Positions 60,181 to 64,000 of a DNA stretch of 64,000 bases are shown one piece after another. The stretch lies in NCBI GenBank assembly GCA_005777825.1, contig SXLB01000018.1, positions 10,550-74,549 on the forward strand, in the 5' to 3' direction. Within the stretch, counting starts at the first letter, position 1; each line of letters begins with the position of its first letter. The position numbers and the translations under genes were made by a program. The notes under the pieces are model-generated. The model was given only the letters and a program-made list of their open reading frames with translations. It ran no database searches and was not told where the DNA came from. Source of the stretch: Methylotenera sp. GTDB taxonomy: Bacteria > Pseudomonadota > Gammaproteobacteria > Burkholderiales > Methylophilaceae.

Positions 60181-61905
60181 TTGACGAATTCTTTTAGCCA
60201 TACTATCGCCCGCCTTCTTATAGCAAGCAGCTTACTGCTCCCAGTCACAGCAAGCTATGCTGAATCGAATGTAATCGGCGAGGAAATCACCGTCACCGGT
60301 GAAGAAGCGATTAAATCCATCAATAAAGAGCCAAACTCGATGGATGCCGCAACCAACAAAAAAACACCAGCCAACTCACAAGGCGTCAACATAGATCCAT
60401 CCCTACGCAATCTAAGCGACGAAGCCACGCCTGTTATCGTGATCAGCAGCGATGACCTGTGGCAAAGAATAAAAGACGGTTATGCCATGCCGGACTCCAC
60501 CTCTAACTTAGTTGCAAATCACGAGAAATGGTATAGCACTAGGCCAGACTACATTAGGCGCATGGTAGAACGCAGTCAAAAATACTTGTTTCACATCGTA
60601 GAAGAAGTGGAAAAACGCGGCATGCCAACGGAAATCGCTTTGCTCCCCATGATAGAAAGCGCCTACAACCCCCAAGCCTATTCGAGAAGTCAGGCGTCGG
60701 GCATTTGGCAGTTCATCCCGTCCACGGGCAAGCATTTTGGCTTGCAACAAAATTGGTGGATAGATAACCGACGCAACGTAATTGTGGCGACCGATGCGGC
60801 GCTGACCTATTTGCAAAAACTGCATGGCATGTTTGGCTCATGGGATTTAGCTCTGGCGGCCTACAATGCCGGTGAAGGCACCGTAGGCCGTGCGATAGAA
60901 CGAAATCGCAGATTAGGCCTAGGCACGGACTACGAAAGTTTAAACTTGCCACCGGAAACCCGAAATTACGTGCCTAAATTGCAAGCCGTTAAAAACATCA
61001 TGACCAACCCGGGCAAGTACGGCTTAAAAATACAAACCATAGCCAACACGGCATACTTCACCCGCGTTTCCGCCCCAGCTCAGATTGATGCGCACTTGGC
61101 CGCCAAATTAGCCGAAATCAGTGATGAGGAATTTTTAGCGCTTAACCCAAGCAACAACAGGCCGCTCATAGGCAATAACGATGAAAAACACGAACTGCTG
61201 CTGCCTATTCTGGCCGCTCAGACTTTTAGGGACAATTTAGCCAACTACAATAAACCCTTAGTCAGTTGGAAAACCTATTTAGCAAAACGCGGTGAGCGCA
61301 TGGAGAAAATAGCCGCCAAATTTGGCATACAACTGTCTAAACTGCGCAATGTAAATAACTTACCTAATCAAAATAAAATAAAAAAATCCTCAACTATCTT
61401 GGTGCCAAACGGAAACCAAACTGACTTTACGCCCAACGGCAGCGCGCTTAAGACTGCGGATGCCAATGGCGCTTATCCTTTGGACCCCAACCTATCGCAC
61501 AGTGCGGATGCTGCCCTCGCAGAAAAAAATCAGCTCAATAGCACCGATGAAACGGAACCTAGCAAGGCCAATAACGTCACACACCTAGTTAAAAAAGGCG
61601 AGACCATTTTTGCCATTGCCAAGCTCTACCAAGTTAGCATAGACGATATCGTGAACGCGAATGGCCTGGCTAATCAGGACATTAAAATTGGTCAAAGCTT
61701 GAGCATCAGCAACACGGCATCTATTAGCACGCAAACTGAATCAGCTAAGCAGGAAAGCAATGCGAGTGAGAAAAAATTACCTGAAAAAAACAAAGCAAAA
61801 AGTAAAAAAAGCAAAGCAAATAAAAGCAAGTTAAAAAAACCCAAGGCCAGTAAATCTCAGCATAAAAAACTTAAGAAAAAGCGTAGCCCAAACTCGAAAA
61901 AATAA
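60181..61905 (+). CDS. mltD: Lytic murein transglycosylase MltD-like (SLT + LysM domains) with Lys-rich C-terminal tail
   Basis: 'LLPMIESAYNP', 'GIWQFIPSTG', 'AAYNAGEG', 'ETRNYVPKL'; two LysM repeats; adjacent to gloB. Confidence 0.88.
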   Translation: MTNSFSHTIARLLIASSLLLPVTASYAESNVIGEEITVTGEEAIKSINKEPNSMDAATNKKTPANSQGVNIDPSLRNLSDEATPVIVISSDDLWQRIKDGYAMPDSTSNLVANHEKWYSTRPDYIRRMVERSQKYLFHIVEEVEKRGMPTEIALLPMIESAYNPQAYSRSQASGIWQFIPSTGKHFGLQQNWWIDNRRNVIVATDAALTYLQKLHGMFGSWDLALAAYNAGEGTVGRAIERNRRLGLGTDYESLNLPPETRNYVPKLQAVKNIMTNPGKYGLKIQTIANTAYFTRVSAPAQIDAHLAAKLAEISDEEFLALNPSNNRPLIGNNDEKHELLLPILAAQTFRDNLANYNKPLVSWKTYLAKRGERMEKIAAKFGIQLSKLRNVNNLPNQNKIKKSSTILVPNGNQTDFTPNGSALKTADANGAYPLDPNLSHSADAALAEKNQLNSTDETEPSKANNVTHLVKKGETIFAIAKLYQVSIDDIVNANGLANQDIKIGQSLSISNTASISTQTESAKQESNASEKKLPEKNKAKSKKSKANKSKLKKPKASKSQHKKLKKKRSPNSKK

Positions 61906-63591
61906 TTGATTGATGCCATGTTAATGCCCACACAGATCACGCGATACATCCAACTATGGCTAATAGTGTTCGGCATCTGCGCTATGAGTGCTTGCAGCAA
62001 CGGTGAAGACGCTGCTAAAAAATTAAAGCCAAACTACGACGCACCTCACCCGACCAGCCTAGGTGGCACCATGATTGATGCCATGACAGGTGAACCCAGC
62101 GGTTTAATTGCCATGATAGCCGGTGAATCAGCGGCGTCGGCGATTGCCGGCAACATCTTTAACAGCCTGCTTAAATACGACAAAAATTTAGAGCTGACCG
62201 GTGAACTCGCTCAGTCATGGGAAGTATCGGCCGACCAACGCACCATTACCTTTCATTTAAAGCCCAATCTTAAATGGGCGGACCAGCGGCCCTTAAGCAG
62301 TGCAGACGTTTTATTTACTTGGCAAAAAGTAACGGATGACAACACGCGCACGCCTTATGGCTCGGATTTTAAATTAGTTAGCAAAGCCGAAGCGCCTGAT
62401 GCACAAACATTTAGAGTGACCTACGCCGTCCCCTACGCGCCTGCTTTAGACACTTGGGCAGGCTTGCACATCCTGCCTAAACACTTATTGCAAGACCAAG
62501 ACATTAACAACACGGCTTTTGCTCGCCATCCGGTAGGCAGTCACTATTACAAGCTGTCGGATTGGAAAAATGGCCAATACCTAAAATTAAGCCGCAACCC
62601 TTACGCCAGCCAAGGTCAAGCAAATATAGAGCACTTGCTTTCTCGCATTATTCCAGACAAAGCAGCTCAATTTTTAGAACTGAGCGCAGACAACATAGAC
62701 TCCATGGCCTTAAACCCTATCCAATACGCCAGGATATTCCCATCCAGACCCGATCTCAGCAAAAACATAGGCTTGTACAAAGAATTGGGTAACAGCTACT
62801 CCTACATGGGGTTTAATTTAAAACGCAAACCGTTTGATGATGTACGCGTGCGCCAAGCGATCAACTACGCCATCGATAAACAAGAAATTATCGATGGGGT
62901 ATTGCTAGGACTAGGTGAACCGGTGGCATCACCCTATAAACCTGGCACACGCTGGAGCAACCCGAGCCTGCAGCCCTACCCCTACGACCCAAACAAAGCC
63001 CGCGCATTACTTCGTGAAGCTGGCTTTTCCGACACAAACGGCGATGGCATATTGGAAAAAGACGGGAAGCCGTTTAGCTTTGAAATACTGACCAATCAAA
63101 ACAAAGAACGTGAAATGACGGCAGTTTTAATTCAACGCCGACTTAAAGAGGTAGGCATAGAGGTTAATATACGCGTACTGGAGTGGGCTAGCTTTTTAGG
63201 TCGCTTCATCAAACCCAAGCAATTCGACGCCGTGGTATTGGGCTGGAGCTTGTCTTTAGACCCCGATCAGTATGGGATTTGGCACTCAAGTCAACAAGCG
63301 CCAGGCCAATTCAACTTTATTAGTTACAGCAACCCGCAAGCAGACAAGCTACTGGAAGCAGGCCGTATAGAATTAAATCCAGACAAGCGCATGAAAATTT
63401 ACCACGCTTTTTCAAAAATCCTACTTGAAGACAGCCCGGTTGTTTACTTGTCAGCTGGCTACGGCTTATCGGCCATCCATAAACGCGTCAAGGGCATTAG
63501 CAGCCCTGCCCCAGCGGCCGGTATAGGTCATAACACATACGAGTGGTTTATTCCTAAAGCCTATTACCGCAACGAAATAAATGATCAATAA
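61906..63591 (+). CDS. Peptide ABC transporter substrate-binding lipoprotein (family 5, OppA/AppA-like)
   Basis: Lipobox 'MSAC', 'LA.SWEVS.D..T.TFHL', 'PFDDVRVRQAI.YAID..EII'; start may be ATG 61918 or 61924. Confidence 0.92.
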   Translation: MIDAMLMPTQITRYIQLWLIVFGICAMSACSNGEDAAKKLKPNYDAPHPTSLGGTMIDAMTGEPSGLIAMIAGESAASAIAGNIFNSLLKYDKNLELTGELAQSWEVSADQRTITFHLKPNLKWADQRPLSSADVLFTWQKVTDDNTRTPYGSDFKLVSKAEAPDAQTFRVTYAVPYAPALDTWAGLHILPKHLLQDQDINNTAFARHPVGSHYYKLSDWKNGQYLKLSRNPYASQGQANIEHLLSRIIPDKAAQFLELSADNIDSMALNPIQYARIFPSRPDLSKNIGLYKELGNSYSYMGFNLKRKPFDDVRVRQAINYAIDKQEIIDGVLLGLGEPVASPYKPGTRWSNPSLQPYPYDPNKARALLREAGFSDTNGDGILEKDGKPFSFEILTNQNKEREMTAVLIQRRLKEVGIEVNIRVLEWASFLGRFIKPKQFDAVVLGWSLSLDPDQYGIWHSSQQAPGQFNFISYSNPQADKLLEAGRIELNPDKRMKIYHAFSKILLEDSPVVYLSAGYGLSAIHKRVKGISSPAPAAGIGHNTYEWFIPKAYYRNEINDQ

Positions 63592-63600
63592 AAGGCAACC

Positions 63601-64000
63601 ATGGCTAGCTACTTATTAAAACGCATTTTATGGATGGTACCGCTGTTAGTAGGCATCAGTCTGATTTCATTCTTCATCATGCACCTCGCACCCGGTGACA
63701 TCACCACCAGTGAGGCCAGTTTTAATCCTAAAGCCAGCGAAGAATCCAGACAGAAATTACGCGCCTTGTACAATTTAGACAAGCCAGTCATCGTGCAGTA
63801 CGGCTTATGGGTTAAACGCCTAGCCAAGTTAGACTTTGGTACGTCCTTTGCCTCCCACCAAAGGCCAGTTTTTTGGCAAACTACCGATAAAGACGGCAAC
63901 GTCACACTCGGCATGATACAAGAAGCCTTGCCCATCACTTTATTAATCAATGTACTGAGTTTGCTCCTCATCATAGGCATCGCCTTACCGCTGGGCGTCA
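63601..64000 (+). CDS. Peptide ABC transporter permease (OppB/DppB-like), 3'-truncated by window edge
   Basis: Not in the ORF track; ATG 63601 gives MASYLLKRILWMVPLLVGISLISFFIMHLAPGD...YNLDKPVIVQYGLWVKRLAKLDFGTSF...ALPITLL, open to the window end. Confidence 0.9.
   Translation, partial: MASYLLKRILWMVPLLVGISLISFFIMHLAPGDITTSEASFNPKASEESRQKLRALYNLDKPVIVQYGLWVKRLAKLDFGTSFASHQRPVFWQTTDKDGNVTLGMIQEALPITLLINVLSLLLIIGIALPLGV

Noticed and set aside
63609-63980. 123-aa minus-strand ORF in the track
   Set aside because: The real gene is the + strand ABC permease starting at 63601, which runs off the window

Overview
A compact, mostly housekeeping 64-kb chromosomal segment from a betaproteobacterium. 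Gene content and protein style suggest Methylophilaceae (Methylotenera-like); this is an inference. It carries about 57 CDSs: tRNA modification and repair genes (mnmC 3' part, miaA, mutL, amiC, tsaE, queG, queD), a sigma54/NtrC-controlled ammonium transporter, argD-argF-argG, a MoxY/MxcQE-like two-component pair divergent from dhaL-dhaK, rbgA, rep, uup, tRNA-Arg(CCT), a frameshifted GAF-PilB/GspE ATPase, a glycogen cluster (ROK kinase, malQ, GH57, glgC, glgB, pgi, with glgA separate), the rluC/rne locus, orn-rsgA, dnaQ-rnhA-gloB-mltD and the start of a peptide ABC transporter. I saw no prophage, IS, integrase or CRISPR array. The most interesting signals are non-coding. (1) A candidate arginine-sensing leader-peptide attenuator upstream of argD: tandem CGG-CGG codons form the 5' arm of a terminator hairpin. 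(2) A candidate sigma54-driven anti-Shine-Dalgarno small RNA after glgA, with a 12-bp predicted match to the glgC ribosome-binding site. (3) An AT-rich, repeat-laden two-gene insert (receiver-less LuxR with a CCxC tail plus a beta-CASP nuclease) between amiC and mutL. (4) A homopolymer/slippery-site frameshift in an orphan GAF-PilB ATPase. All product calls come from motif recognition by eye, not database searches.
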